A stretch of 58,474 nt of DNA, the filler included, from Bipalium vagum (taxonomy: Eukaryota), in the NCBI GenBank assembly GCA_037834085.1. It is 3 parts of 3 records of this genome, joined end to end, with 100 filler letters (N's around TTAATTAATTAA, not from the genome) between each part and the next. Parts side by side here need not be neighbours in the genome. Positions count along the whole stretch, not along the records: positions 1 to 19,104 come from JBBMKC010010176.1; positions 19,205 to 36,245 come from JBBMKC010081145.1; 1 more part is not named here. One strand, given 5' to 3'. The notes under the pieces were generated by a model. That model ran no database searches and had not been told where the DNA came from. It saw nothing but the letters and a program-made list of their open reading frames with translations. Made by a program: the position numbers and the translations under genes. How positions within the stretch are numbered: the first letter of the stretch is position 1; each line of letters opens with the position of its first letter. This document shows, piece by piece, positions 13,778 to 27,610 of this stretch.

Positions 13778-13850
13778 GGAGATGTAGCTCAATGATCAGA
13801 GCAGTCCATGCGCACGTGAAGGGTCCCCGATTTGAATCCAGGTATCTCCG
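13778..13850 (+). pseudogene. tRNA-Ala-derived pseudogene or SINE head
   Basis: 73 nt: GGAGATG TA GCTC AATGATCA GAGC...GGGTC CCCGA TTTGAAT CCAGG TATCTCC G. The acceptor and D stems pair and the sequence resembles eukaryotic tRNA-Ala (GGGGATGTAGCTCA...GGCATCTCCA). The anticodon and T stems are broken and the T-loop is mutated. CGC lies at the anticodon position. Confidence 0.7.
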
Positions 13851-14245
13851 AATAATTTTCAACTAACAGTCACCACTTGATGGATTGAATATATTTTCAA
13901 GTTCCCTGACCTTGCTAAGACAGTTACAATTCAGACGTCATTTAAAAACTGATCTGATGCACCCGAAAATTATAAAATTTGAGTTCAGGTTTTGTCAGCA
14001 GAAATAGCAATTTATTCCAACTTAAATTTTAGAGTGTCCATATGGCAATTGAAGCTAAAGAAAGTGAACGAGCTTGGGTATGAAGTTTTCATCATTTACA
14101 ATATTGTAGATATACATAATTTTCTATGCGTTTCTTATAAATAAGGTCGTCCTGAACTTCAAAATCAGTTCAAAAAAATTGGCTCATACTTCTGTTAAGA
14201 CATGCTAAAGTTGAAATTGAGAAAGTTGTATTATTTTCACCAAAC

Positions 14246-14283
<38 letters not shown>
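14246..14283. repeat. (TAA)n microsatellite
   Basis: About 12 perfect units are directly visible. Confidence 0.95.
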
Positions 14284-15336
14284 TGAAATAAATATAATAA
14301 ATAAAAAATAAATAATTTGAGAATAATATTTAAGAGAAATTGGAATTTATTTGAATATATGAAAAATGAATTATTTATATAATTAATTCCTTTTTAAAAT
14401 CCGCATCACATGCAGTCCACATGAAAAGTGATATTAAAACAAAATGAAAAAATTCAACAAAGTGACAGACAAGGTTTTGAAAAAAAAATTGAAAAAAACA
14501 AAAAAACCCAGCCTCAAACAAAAAGAAAATCCTAAATTCTCAGTTATCAATGATGAAAGAGTTACGTCTGCACATTTTTATATATTTTTTAAATTAATTA
14601 TATACATTAATTTAAAATTATTTGATTTTTTTCAATGAAGAAAATTATTAATTAAAGCTGGACATTTTGACACTTTCTTCCATACATAATGCACGTTCTC
14701 CAAATTAGCTCGGACGAGTGTCGCTTTAAATTTGATTAGGCAATTATGAAACAAAAAGATAAAACAAAACCAAAAGTAAAACAATATAAAAATTGATCCC
14801 GGATCAAACAAATAACAGGCATTTTTCAGGCATTGGAAAAAATATCTATTCCATTTTATATACTTTCATATTTAAAATATTTTCTCAAAACCCTTGGGAT
14901 AATTGGCAATTTTAGATAGAAATGGTTTCGCTAGACTAAAATCCAATTAGCATTAAAACAGCTAAAATCTAAGCTGAATTAATAAAATAATAAAACCATA
15001 ATAAACCAAAATGAATTTTAATTTTTTTTCAAAAATAATTCTATTATAGACGCTAAGATTTTTCTAACGTGTACTTGCCAAATCGTTAAAAATCCAGAAA
15101 AAATCGTTTTAGGTCCACGATTTTATGTCAGAAACTAGTATTTATTGTTGTTCTTTTACATCGTCAATTTTATCAAAGAATTGACGATAAATTGGCAATA
15201 TGGGATTTTTTAAAGAACGACTGTTTCCTCATAGCTGAGACTTTCATTGACACTTGTAGATGCCAATATCAAGCTAGAATTATCAAGATTTAAATTTTGT
15301 AGTCTTAAAATTATATAAAACAGTTGAGAAAAAATA

Positions 15337-15460
15337 CGAGGGTGAAACAAAAGTTCTCGGAATGATGTTGACATTTTCAAAAATGAACACAGAAATTAAA
15401 AAAAAAGGATTGTATGTATTCATTAAACTTATATTATTAACTGACATAATACAAATTTTT
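15337..15460 (+). mobile_element. End fragment of the same mariner-derived MITE family as 33118-33394
   Basis: TA-CGAGGGTGAAACAAAAGTTCTCGGAATGATGTTGACATTTTC... aligns by eye with the reverse complement of 33280-33394 (CGAGGGTGAATCAAAAAGTTCCCGGAATGATGCTGACATTTTC...). Confidence 0.75.
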
Positions 15461-15598
15461 ATTAAAATCAATTTATTATAAAGATATTTGTTTAAGCTAA
15501 TCATTATAGAAAATAGAAAAATGCGAAATTTGAATATCATGTGACAATGAAATTCTTAAGCAAACCTGATTTGGGAACATCGGATATATTGTCGGATA

Positions 15599-15805
15599 CA
15601 GGGTGTTTCATAAATATGTGTACATGTTTAAACAAATATAAATGAATCAATTTCTCAATGAACATGGATCATTTTGTAATATTATTGTATTGATAAATCA
15701 TTGGAAAAATATAAATATTTTACAAAAGAAACTCTTGTATTAATAAATTCGGTTGAAAATTAGTTGATCTTTATACGCGTATACATATTTACAAAACACC
15801 TCAAT
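15599..15805. mobile_element. Tc1/mariner-type MITE (~205 bp)
   Basis: Left end TA-CAGGGTGTTTCATAAATATGTGTAC; right end gtatacatatttacaaaacacctc is an imperfect inverted copy. Confidence 0.55.
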
Positions 15806-17971
15806 TATAATCGAATTTTCGAAGATCATACACAAAGAAAAATACCGGTTTATTTCGGTTTCGTATTTCTATTTTGTAAATCTGAAAGTTTTCTAAGCTA
15901 TCATAGTAATTTATTTTTTTGAATATATAGTTAATTAAAATAAACACTATCATGAAAATACGAATTATCCATAAAATAGTTTTCTAAATTCTTCACATTT
16001 AAAAAAACAGAATCAAATATTCACCATTATGTAATACTTAATTAATTTTGTTATACTCATAATAATATTTTTCAGTTTGATAAATAAGCATTTATTGAAA
16101 AAATGTCTTTTAATAATGATTTTTGCATATCATAGGAAAATCTTTAAAAATCATTTAGAATCAAACCTTGAAAAGTAAGAGGTGATTAGAAAAAGATCAC
16201 ATGCTTGCAATTGTCAACATTAAATAAATAATAAAATTATTAACAAAAAAATATGTTAACACTTTTGAACTATAAATTTTTTCAAATTTATTAATAATAA
16301 TGCGTGGTTTAATATTATTATATGTATTATTTAAAATGTATTATTTTGAATTATTAAAAAAAATAATGATTTTTTTGTTTGTGTAGAATCTGTAGATATA
16401 AAAATTTTACAATCAATTAAAACAAAAAATTTAGTACGTTTAGAAGAGCTATCCGTTTATGGTGTGTTTGAGAAAGAATTTGAGTGTGATTGGTTTTTAG
16501 CCTGATTTCTTCCTGTAAACTTTGATGGGAAAGATACATTGACTAGGTTTAAATGAAATCAAAGAAAAGTTAAGCAAGAATATACAATAATGATTAAGAT
16601 ATTCTTTAGTATCCGATTTAAATCATTTAAAGAATATAAGAGATAGAAAAAAACACGACAATACTTAATTAATTGATGAACAGTAACTTAACGTAGTCTT
16701 CATGTTTGAATATTTATTAAAATAAAAAATATGATAGTTCTTAGGCAAGATCATATTAGTGGATGGAATTGGATAAGATATGCGAAAAATATGACAAACC
16801 CTGACAACATGTTTGATTAGTTTGCAAAACTATAAGGTCTTTGAGTGTTAAATTCTAATTTATTTCACAATCTAAGTTTTGTATCATCAAGTTCCCAATC
16901 ACTTTAGTCTATGCAAAGACGTCGTAATGATGTAAAAATAAAATTGAAAAATTTGTAAAGACTAATTCATGAAGTTTTAAATTGACGGAATAATAGTTTC
17001 AGAGGAAAATGTCAAAAGGTTATTCAAAAACTAATATATAGCAGACTAAGCATCTATTCGATCTTTGTTTACTTAAGCACATAATCATATTTTATCGTAC
17101 GCTTTAAGCAAGAAGATATACAAAGATATATTAAGCTTCAGGACCGAATGCTTGATGTCCTTTCTTATATGTATGACCTAAATCAAAATTTCGTATTGAA
17201 CCTGTATTCATTTTTAAAATAATTTTCCAAAATGATGTTTCAGTATGACAGTGAAGCTGAAATTCAGAATTCTAAAAATTCAGAATCAATGAAAATTTAT
17301 AGATTTACAGAAAAAGAGAGACTGGAAAATTAAATGAGAACTGACAATATAATAAACTGTGCTCCAAAATTATTCTCCAAGCTTGAAAACGACTAATAAA
17401 AGCATTCATTTGATAGTTATATTGAATTTTATTACCTCATATATCATCATAATTTATATATATTTAGGTAATGTATATGGATTTCATATGTATTTCATAA
17501 CCATGTGGACTTCTATATAGTATAAAAAGGCTAATATTGCTTACCACGAGGACCACAAAACTGTAGATATGAAAGTATAATTATTAATTATTGTTATTCT
17601 AACAACCAATCAAAATTTTAAATCTTATTATACCTTTCTAACTGTATTTTTTCATTCTCTTTATTTTTATCTTTTAATTTGATGTTGAGATCAAATAGAA
17701 AATTCAGAAATAATTATACTATCTTGAAAATGATATGATAATTATCGATTTCATCTCAATAAAGTTAAATAACACTTTCGTAATATTATTTCTAAATAAA
17801 CAAAATTTTTATTTTAATATAATTTCCGGACACAAGTATCCTGTTTTTTATTATTCAACATATTAATTAGTGATATATAATATAAATAAATATTTTTAAT
17901 AATGAATAATATAAAAATTTTTTATAAATAGTAATACTAATATATAATATTAAATAATTAAATATATACAC

Positions 17972-18064
17972 CTGAAATTTTGAGTTTTTGTCTAGAAAAT
18001 ATTGATAATTTTTGAAACGCCTTGATTCAGCTATGATTAAGTGATGGAACATTTCTTTAGCCAT
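17972..18064 (-). CDS. Candidate first coding exon of the minus-strand orphan gene (MAKEMFHHLIIAESRRFKNYQYFLDKNSKFQ)
   Basis: ATG at 18064, donor CAG|gtgtat at phase 0, compatible with the phase-0 exon at 12871. There is no homology support. Confidence 0.25.
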
Positions 18065-19104
18065 TAAATATCAAAATACAGAATTATGCACATATTGATT
18101 TAAGTCTTAACACTGTTATTTGAAATAATTTACTCTATCGCCATCTGTGTGCACATAAATCAAAATTTAATAAATATGTTTATATTTTCATAGATATGTT
18201 TTTATAATGCCACTATTATCAATAATTATTAAAAAGATATTTTTTATCAGTTAACAATAATTCAGGTTTGAAGAGGTTTCGATAATGAAGAAAAATTTAA
18301 TTATTAATCAAAAGTAAAAGCAGGAGATCCACTCACAGAAAGAAGAGAATACTTTAAATGTCAATTATTATAATAGATTTAGATTTATACTTTAAAAATG
18401 ATTTATGTGCTTTAAATAAAGATTTAAAGATAGGTATAAAAAAGCGAAGTGACTTTTAGAACGACCCAATATCTTATAAATCTACAATCTATAATTGTAA
18501 AATTTCTTTAAAAATTTTTAATCATAAGAATTTTAAATTTACTTGAATTTTATAAAATTTATAAACTGAATAAAAAGTTTAAATTACTTTTAGATTTAAT
18601 TTAAAACATTTTGAAAAATGAATAAACTAAATTATTTGAACAATGTGTAAATTAATTTAAATAAGTAATGATAAAGAAGTTAGATTGACTAGAAAAACAT
18701 TCAGAAGAAAAATTGACTGAAAACAATGAAATAAAAGATTGAAACATTTATAAGAACAATATTAATAAGGCAGTATAAATAAAATCTTTGATTTCTAATT
18801 TTTTTTCTTAATAGGTATTTGAATAGCTATATTGAAAAATAATGAAAATAACAATAAATTATTACTATTACTATTTATTTATTTATTATTATTATTATTA
18901 TTAACAAAAAAAATACAATTACAACCAGTCACATCTCTATAAAATTCTTATATTTTTACATATGAAAAACTAAATATGAATAATATACTGAATATGTTCT
19001 ACAACATATGTGGAGCATTCCACAATCAACATCTTTAATTAACAATTGAACAATTTTAGTGATCCATATGTTATAATTTGAATAAATATTTTGATTTTAT
19101 TTTT

Positions 19105-19204
19105 NNNNNNNNNNNNNNNNNNNNNNNNNNNNNNNNNNNNNNNNNNNNTTAATTAATTAANNNNNNNNNNNNNNNNNNNNNNNNNNNNNNNNNNNNNNNN
19201 NNNN
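19105..19204. other. Artificial scaffold linker N44-TTAATTAATTAA-N44
   Basis: Exactly 100 nt. The palindromic 12-mer puts TAA stops in all six frames, and an identical construct occurs at 36246. Confidence 0.95.
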
Positions 19205-20746
19205 TTATAACAATGTTAATAATAAGAATTGATTGATTAATAAATCATTGAAATTATTATACAGAAAATCGTCATTTCATGGTGGACAACCTGATATTAT
19301 ACCGATATTTTAACATTTCTCTAGATAAATAAAGATATTATATTATTATTATATATTATATTATAATATAATATTTAGTAAATGAAGAAGATAAATATCA
19401 TCCGTGTATATATTATTATAATGTGAAAAATTAGAATGTTTTCATCTGTACAGCCTTACTAGAAGCTGAAATGAATGTAAATTTCCCACCAACCCTATAT
19501 TTTTCCCTTCATATTTCCTATAATATTTTATGTTTCCCATTTTGAAATATAATACATATTAAAATAAAATTTCCAGTTGAACATAAATTTTATTTGTTTC
19601 TTTGTATTAAAATTCAATTTATTATTTTTAAATGATTATTAAAGAAAAATCAGTATTATTTTTCTAGAGTAATTTAGTTCTACTGGTAAGTCTATCACAT
19701 TTTAATATTTATGTGATATTTATTTCCTTTGCTAAATAGTTTTCTAAATTTAAAGAAAGCGATTTCTTTATTCAAGAATGAAATTGCACAGAAAACTCTT
19801 TGACTGTCAAATCTAAATATATAAAGGGTTTAATTATGAAATGCCGCACTGAAAAAGAGGTGAGATATCCAAGATTAATAAAAATAAGGTATCTGTGGTT
19901 ACACATTTGACAAAGTTGAAAATTATATATATAGATGTGTGTATGTGTGTGTATAAATTGTTAGAGAAAGCTTGGGATTTGATATTAAAATGAACAGAAG
20001 AAAATACAGTCTTAAAACGACTTAATAAAAGAAGATTGAAAATGAAATAGATAATGTGTAAAGATCCTCAAATAAACTCACAATGTAGTTTTGAAATCCA
20101 TAAGTTTCAGTTTCAGTTTCACAAGACTGCAAATATTTAATTTATTATGAACTTCGTTTAGCAATAAAACAATATGATCATTAACTTGACATACTAAGAG
20201 GACCTAGGTTTATTTAATTTGATTTAAATAACATTTGATTAATAAATAAGGGATGCAGAAACTGGTAGTCCGAAAAAATTAATTATTATTACTTATATTA
20301 TTTATCAGAAGCTTATAATGTTGATATGTGGAAATTCTAATTATCTTAAATCACAACCCCTGATTCTCACCTGTCTTAATCCCGTTTATTAATTATTAAC
20401 ATATCTTGATAAGTAATAGATGCTAATAAAATTAGTTTGTTTGAAATAAAGAAATTCTCTTTAATATTTTTATATATTCTTTATAATGACAACATAAAAT
20501 TACCTAATCAATGAAGACATTATTAAAATAATAAAACACATTGCTTAAATTTATTTGTATGACTTAATATATTTCTTTAAACATGAAGTGCATTTTATTT
20601 ATTTTTATAATTATAATTTTCTTTTTTATCAAAAATATTATTACTATTTTCCATTATTAGAAGTTTTTAAATATCGGTTTAACAGTTATTTAATAAATTC
20701 TGATATCCTTAATACCAATGAAATATAACATTTATTATTCCCATAG

Positions 20747-20855
20747 ATTGTTGTGAGAGCATATTGGCCTGGGTTTGGAAATTTATTGTCCATACCAACC
20801 ACGATGTACATTACCACTCCCGCCACAAAGGATACCACAGAAATCCTTCCCGAAA
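20747..20855 (+). CDS. ANOS1: Anosmin-1/KAL-1-like protein, exon at the end of an FN3 repeat (IVVRAYWPGFGNLLSIPTTMYITTP...)
   Basis: Splice sites ccatag| and |gtaata, phase 0 to 1. It resembles the end of anosmin FN3-2 ([26 protein letters not shown], as recalled). The upstream exons (Cys-box, WAP, FN3-1) were not found in this window. Confidence 0.75.
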
Positions 20856-23814
20856 GTAATACTTAATACATTTATTGTAATCCGATAAATAAATTTTTTG
20901 GTAAATGTGTTTTATTAATTTTTATCATCTTATATTATTTCATATTTTTATTTGTAATACTTTATATGTAACCAATTAAAACAATGAATTACAAATATTT
21001 TAAAAATATTATATTTTTCATGTTTTCATTTTTATATAATTCTGATTACACAAAATATTAAAGTAAATTTTAATTTGTATGTTAGACAATAAACTGGATA
21101 AACATGATTTTCTAGCATCGTAAACTTAAACAAATTAAATTATTTCTGTAATAAACAAATTAAGGAATTTTATAATCTCAGAAAGACATCTGTAATATGT
21201 AATCGAAAAAATCCGGAATCTGGGATGTTTTTAGGTTAATTAATATAACTTTTGTGGGAATGTTTCCGACAATGTATAAGCCACTTTATTATTGTATTAT
21301 TAATAAGTCTCAATAATTTGATATATTAATCAATAAATCTAGATTTTGTCTTTGTTTAAAAATCATTAAAAAAATTTTTATTTCAACTAAAACTTGTATT
21401 TGAAGAGCATGTCTTCACGTGACCATCACACTAGACATGTGATGTTTTGTGAGTTTTGCATATTTCATTAAACAAACTTCCATTTTTATTTTTAAATTAT
21501 GAAAATAAATTGGCGAAACATTCCCATCAACTTTAATAATAAAAAAATAACAAATTTTCCTTCAAATTTATTTATCTCATTAATATTAAATGAATTAATA
21601 TTAATTAATAATTAATATTAATATTTATTGAATAATTAATTTTTTAATATTTGACTAAAGGAGAGCAATTCAAAATCTTTACATAAATTTATGTTTGAAA
21701 AAAATTATATTTCATGTATTTATTTTATGAAAATAAAAATTTTCCAAAAAGTTTTTTAAAATTAATTTTTACTTAATTTTAATTAAAATGATTTTTTAAA
21801 AACTTTTGCAAATTATTATTTTATATTATAAAAAATAGATCCATTGTAATTCTTAATAATTTCAATCACAAATATAAATAGTATCTAAAGTTACTGTCAC
21901 AATTAATTTAAAAAATAAATAAATACTTTTCACTAATTCAAGGAAGTCAGTGCTCATTTTATTTGTTAGTTATTATTTGTTACAAATTCATTAGAAAGAA
22001 GTTTGAACAAATACAATATTTTAATATTTCAATTATTATAATATTATTTTTATGTGATTCATAAATTATTAATATTTAATCTGATTTAACAAACACTTCT
22101 ATTTCAAGCAAAACCACAGGGAATCTACTCCTTTTCTTTTATAAAATATGTTTGTGTCATGATTAAAACAAACTTAAAAATTTAGAACGAATTAAGATTT
22201 CAACTGACTCAAACAGATAAAATCCTTTTATTTATCTCCTCGCTTTTTTCTTTCTTTATCACGAAACGTTCGCCACCATTTCGGCTGAAACAGAAATTTT
22301 GTAGAGAAATTTGTATTTTCCGATAAATTATTAAAAAATCGATTTGTTTTTCGTTTATTATATTTTTAATATTGTCTCGTTATCGATGTCAAATCGATTT
22401 GATAAAACAAAAGATATTTATGGAGAGATGGATAAAACTCTTTTGTTGTTTTATTATTTATATTTCATCAGTTATCATTATTATTAATGAAAAAAGACAT
22501 TTATAAATTTGACATGAGAAAAGCTGGAGATAAAAACCATAGAGGTATAATAAGCTGTTCCAAGGATTTTATGATTCAGTCAAAACATTCTCCCCATCAA
22601 AAAGGGAAAAAAGCATTAGTGTGACTTTTTAATAATACAATTCAGATCAAATGATATTTTTCACTTTTTTCTTGGTTTTTCTTCAAGACAAAAGTTAAAT
22701 TTTATGAAATAAAAACCACAATGGATGAGGTATTGCAAATGTTTTTTTTCTAGGTTCAATCATTTTAAAAGACTTTATTTTTTATACAATTTTCACAGAC
22801 AAAAATATCATGATATCGTATTATTTCAACAATTCCAAGAGAATATTCTATTAAATGTGACAGACCAGCCGAAAGAAGTATAAATTGATTTTCAGAAAAT
22901 TATATATATTTCTGAAAAAATTAAAAATAATTGTTTTATGATTTATAGAATTTTTTTTAATAAATTATTAAAAAAAAATTAATTTTTGTAAAATTTTTAA
23001 ATTTTACATAATAAATTTTTTTAAGTTAGAAAAAATATTTAGTAATTATTAATTTTTCTAAATATGCTGGTTGACGGATTAATTAATTATAAAAGTTAAC
23101 CTCTTATAATAACATTGACAAAAATAAATTATGTTTCATTAATATTAACTAAATAAACATAAAAGTTATATTCTTGTGGTGTCATTTTTAATAACAATAT
23201 AAAATTAAACCAATAATAATAACTTTCATTACATATGATTACTTAAACAAACTTTCAAACATGGACCACACCTTTTTTAAAAATTAAATATTTACTCTAT
23301 AAAAATTTATCAACATTTATTGTGCCATTTTTATTAAAATTTTAACAACTTTTAAAACTCTAAATTAAAAAAATTAATAATCGTTAATTTAGATTAGGGT
23401 TCTTATTTTTAAAAATTCAACCAAACTAATTGTTCGAACTACTAATAATTCATTTTCGACAAAATTTATTATGATTTAATTGGTAAAATTGTCATATAAA
23501 ACTGATTCTTCTTAGTAACTTTTTTTTGTTTTTTTCTTCAACACGATAACGTTCTATAAGTCGTTCTTATCCTCATTAAGACTATTTATAAAGACAAAGA
23601 TAAATTTCTCTCTGGTAAATTTGCTATCAAAAGTATAGAGAAAGTACTCCCTAGAAAAAACAGAAATAACAGTGAAAAATGTAAGAATTAAAATTAATAA
23701 TAAATTATTTTGAAATGATACAAAATATATCTTCACATACATTTCACTTCATTTTAAATTATTCAATACATTCTAATTATCCAAGTTTAATTAAAAAAAT
23801 TGCTCATTTGACAG

Positions 23815-23946
23815 TACAAGGAAATGTGAAACCCAAACAATGTTCTTGCCCCGATAATAGCCTGCATTCGAAAGAACCAAAAGTCCGACACCTTAACACC
23901 TCAACGAAAAATCTGCAGGCGGTGATCGAAATGCACAAAACATTAG
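23815..23946 (+). CDS. ANOS1: Anosmin-like exon (IQGNVKPKQCSCPDNSLHSKEPKVRHLNTSTKNLQAVIEMHKTL)
   Basis: Splice sites ttgacag| and |gtagaa, 132 nt, phase 1 to 1, in frame with both neighbours. NLQAVI corresponds to anosmin GQLQVKV. Confidence 0.75.
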
Positions 23947-23993
23947 GTAGAATTTATTTTTATTAAAATTATTTTTTAATTATTATTACATTA

Positions 23994-24143
23994 NNNNNNN
24001 NNNNNNNNNNNNNNNNNNNNNNNNNNNNNNNNNNNNNNNNNNNNNNNNNNNNNNNNNNNNNNNNNNNNNNNNNNNNNNNNNNNNNNNNNNNNNNNNNNNN
24101 NNNNNNNNNNNNNNNNNNNNNNNNNNNNNNNNNNNNNNNNNNN
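23994..24143. other. Assembly gap (150 N)
   Basis: Run of N within an anosmin intron. Confidence 0.99.
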
Positions 24144-27100
24144 AAATAATATTTTTCATTAACCTCGAAAATAATTCACAAAACTATTTTCATTAATATT
24201 GGTTCATTACAAAATTTATAAATTATTAATAATTTCAACGGCCATCGAGAAATTACCATAAAAGAGATAATTAATATGATATAATTAATTGTTAATATAA
24301 TTAATTTAGGAAAATTTTCCTTTGAGCAGAACGAAATTAATTTACTTCGCTTTTCAAGTGAATTAACGGGTGTGAAATGGAAAATACTTTAATTAAGAGC
24401 TCTGAAGAATTTCTCACTATAAATATAACATCAGCCATTGTTTAACGAAAGAATAAAACGTTCATTGTTTCCCTTTCAAATATTCATTTGACGGCCGAAA
24501 TTTTGAAGTGTGATGAAAACCTCTGTGAAGTCTTTCCACAGTAAAAATTGTAGAAATAAATAATTAGTGGATGTTAATAATAATTTAAGATATTTAATAA
24601 TTTTATTGATTTTTTTGTTTCCAGATGAAAATAAATAATGAAAATTGAAATTAAAATCAATAAACTATTAAAATAATTAATTATTTTACTAATAGTTTTA
24701 ATTCCCCTTTGATCACTGGGAATCTGAATATATTTATTTTTATATTTATAAAATAAATATAAACAATATTTTTGAGAAATTTAAATCTCCTGTTTAAAAA
24801 AATAGAAATGTGTTTTATTATTTTTTTCTTATTTCAACAGTCTGAGACTTAGGGTTTGAGACTGATTTTGTATTTTTTGTTTATATATAATATCAATTTG
24901 ATCCTTGAGTACTTAATTACCTTGCATGATTGACATTCACCAGATCCTAAAACCGTAGATATAATGAAATTATTCTAAAAATATCAGCTTGTTTATTAAA
25001 TAATTGATAAGTACTGATATTATGCTGTTGTTACAAATGAGAATTTACATTAATCATAGAAAGGGTGATAAACTCTTACATATTTTTATTAAATTTATGA
25101 TAAATTATAAGATTGTTCAGAGCTGAAAATCATTAAAGATAAACTACCAAAATAAATTTCCTGTAAAGTGAAATAATTGATATTATATATTATTATTATA
25201 TTATATATTTTTTTTAAACTAGTGGACAATAATTTTTTATTTTTCAAGTACACGCTTTTTAAAAAACATTTTCGAACACGCAAATTTATTTATAATATTA
25301 TCTTGAAACGTTTCGATCTCTTCTTTCAGATCTTCTTCAGCCAATTTTATAAGAATAAAATTTAACTATTAAAAAAAATTTACTTATTCGATATATATTA
25401 TATTCATTAGATATTTTTGTATATTATTAAATATTATATTTTTATAGATTATTATTGTAAAAAACGAACCCTTCAGATATTTCATTATGATATATCATTT
25501 TAAAAAATTTTAAAACACTAGAGATTTAGTTATCAAAAGTTTTTTTATTAGAAATTTCTTCTGTTTTCTCTTCTACAATATGATTTTGTACGTTTATGAA
25601 ACCAGCACAGTTTTTTTCTCAGCAATTGACTGGATCTTGAATGGATCTTCAATTTCATCTGCTTCATGTGGTTTACAAAAAATGTTTGTAGTCAGAATCA
25701 AAAATGAATAACGTTGCGAAATTTAACTTGATAGTACATTTTAAAGTCTTAATATCATTAATTGTTTAAATGACTTTATGACTTAAGTCACACCAGTATA
25801 TTGAAAATGTTCTATAACTGCTTTGAAATACATTGTTAGTTCAAAATGTTTCCGGGCTAGCATATTTAAAAGACAAGATTGTAAATATTAAATATTTTTT
25901 TTAAAAGTACAACATTATACATTCTCAAACCAGTTGCTATCTGCAACAATAAATTTTGTCCACCGCACAGTAATGCATCATGGTAAATATTCATAAGAAG
26001 CTCATCAAAAGAAGTGTGAAAGTTCTAAGTCATCTAAGGATTCAAACATCATTCCACGAATTAATTTCTTCATAGTACCTACCACACATTGATAGTTTTA
26101 AATGATATACAAATCCTTTGAAAATTAACATGCTTGTCCAGAAACGTTTTGAAAGAACCACGTAAAATTTTTTTTATTTATTGAGATATTAATTATTTTT
26201 TCTGTGCAATCTTTTTCAACCAGAAAATATTTCACTGTTTTAATTATTTTTATTGAAAAATAATATTGACAAATTTGTTCTCGGAATTAATGAAAAATAA
26301 AAAATCTTATAAAATAAGAAAATCAATAAAATATCGAATAAAATTATTGATATCAATTAAATAGACTTTCAGCTTTAATTAGCCCATAGGTTAGCATTTT
26401 TGTTTATCAATTTGTTTTGAGATAAAATTTGCCACTTGAACGAAAATATTTATTAATATTACAGAAAATCTGATGTCATATTTTCATATTTATTTTATTA
26501 ATATATTTTGAAACAGCTCTTCTGCATTTGCTTTTATGGTAATTAATATTTTTTTTAGAGATTTATAGAAAAATTTTCTGATATTATCTTTATTTTATTT
26601 TATCTTTTAATTATTATTTTCAATATATTTGCAGATAATTAATTTTTTGAAAATATATTCGCTTAATAAATAAATAAAATATAAATTTAATATAATCCAT
26701 AAATTTAATTACAAAGTTTGTGGAGATTAAAAACAGAATTTTAAAGAAAATGCAGACTAAAACATATTTCATTTTAATATTATATTTAATATATAATTAA
26801 TGCATCCTAATTTCACATCTTTCTGTCTTCTCAATTTTGGTAAATTAAAAGGCGACATGTATTACTTATTCTCCGAGACTTCTGTAGTCAACATTCTTCT
26901 ACTACTTTAGATTTACCAAAAATATATGAAATATTTTGTCAAATATTTCTCAAATATTAATTCTGGCCTAAAAGCATTTTCAGTTTTTAAATTTAATATT
27001 ATTTCTGTCAATTTTAATTAATTTTCTTTTTTTATGCATGCTGATTATCGATTTTGATAGAACCCTCAGGCCATATGTTGAATTAGCATATATATATTCC

Positions 27101-27231
27101 AAAATTAATATAATTAATATTTTGTAAAAAGTGTAAAAATGATTTTGAAAATATTAGAGAATATTTATCAATAAGAAAAAGCATTTCCTAAAAATTAATT
27201 AGTAAATAATGTTTAAGGTGTTGTGAATATA

Positions 27232-27610
27232 TAAGATCGTTGCAAAACTTCCGGCCTGATTTTCAAAGAAGAATTAGAAAGAATAAAATTAAATGAAATA
27301 ACTTTATTAATTCATTACATAACCATTATTCCTCTATATAAGTATTTTCCAATGTTCTACAAGTTGTTCGAACTCATGCTGATAAAAATGCCTTGAAAGT
27401 ACACATACCTTGGAAAAAATCCGTTATATTTGCTTCCATAGTTTCATTAGAATAAAACATCTTACCCCTTAAACTATTGTGTAAAGATCGGAACAGATAA
27501 CAGTCAGACATCTGGCGGGGGATATCGTAAGGCTGGTCATCTCAACTAACTTCCCAATCTTGAAAATCATCATTTAATAGTTCGAAGAAACGAGGCAGCA
27601 TCAAATAAAC
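27232..27610 (-). mobile_element. Mariner relic (3' end)
   Basis: TIR-like tataagatcgttgcaaaacttccggcctga. On -, the C-terminal pattern FYQHEFEQLVEHWKIL is present. Confidence 0.45.

Noticed and set aside
16690-16930. Possible Helitron/PIF1 helicase relic (KNMIVLRQ...; IKFPITLVYAKT)
   Set aside because: Only loose similarity to the QFPxxLAxAxT motif, with no termini and no Rep motifs.
17000-17570. Possible hAT transposase C-terminal relic (RFKQEDIQRY); a similar weak hAT-like patch lies on - at 25600-26150
   Set aside because: Too degenerate to support as features.
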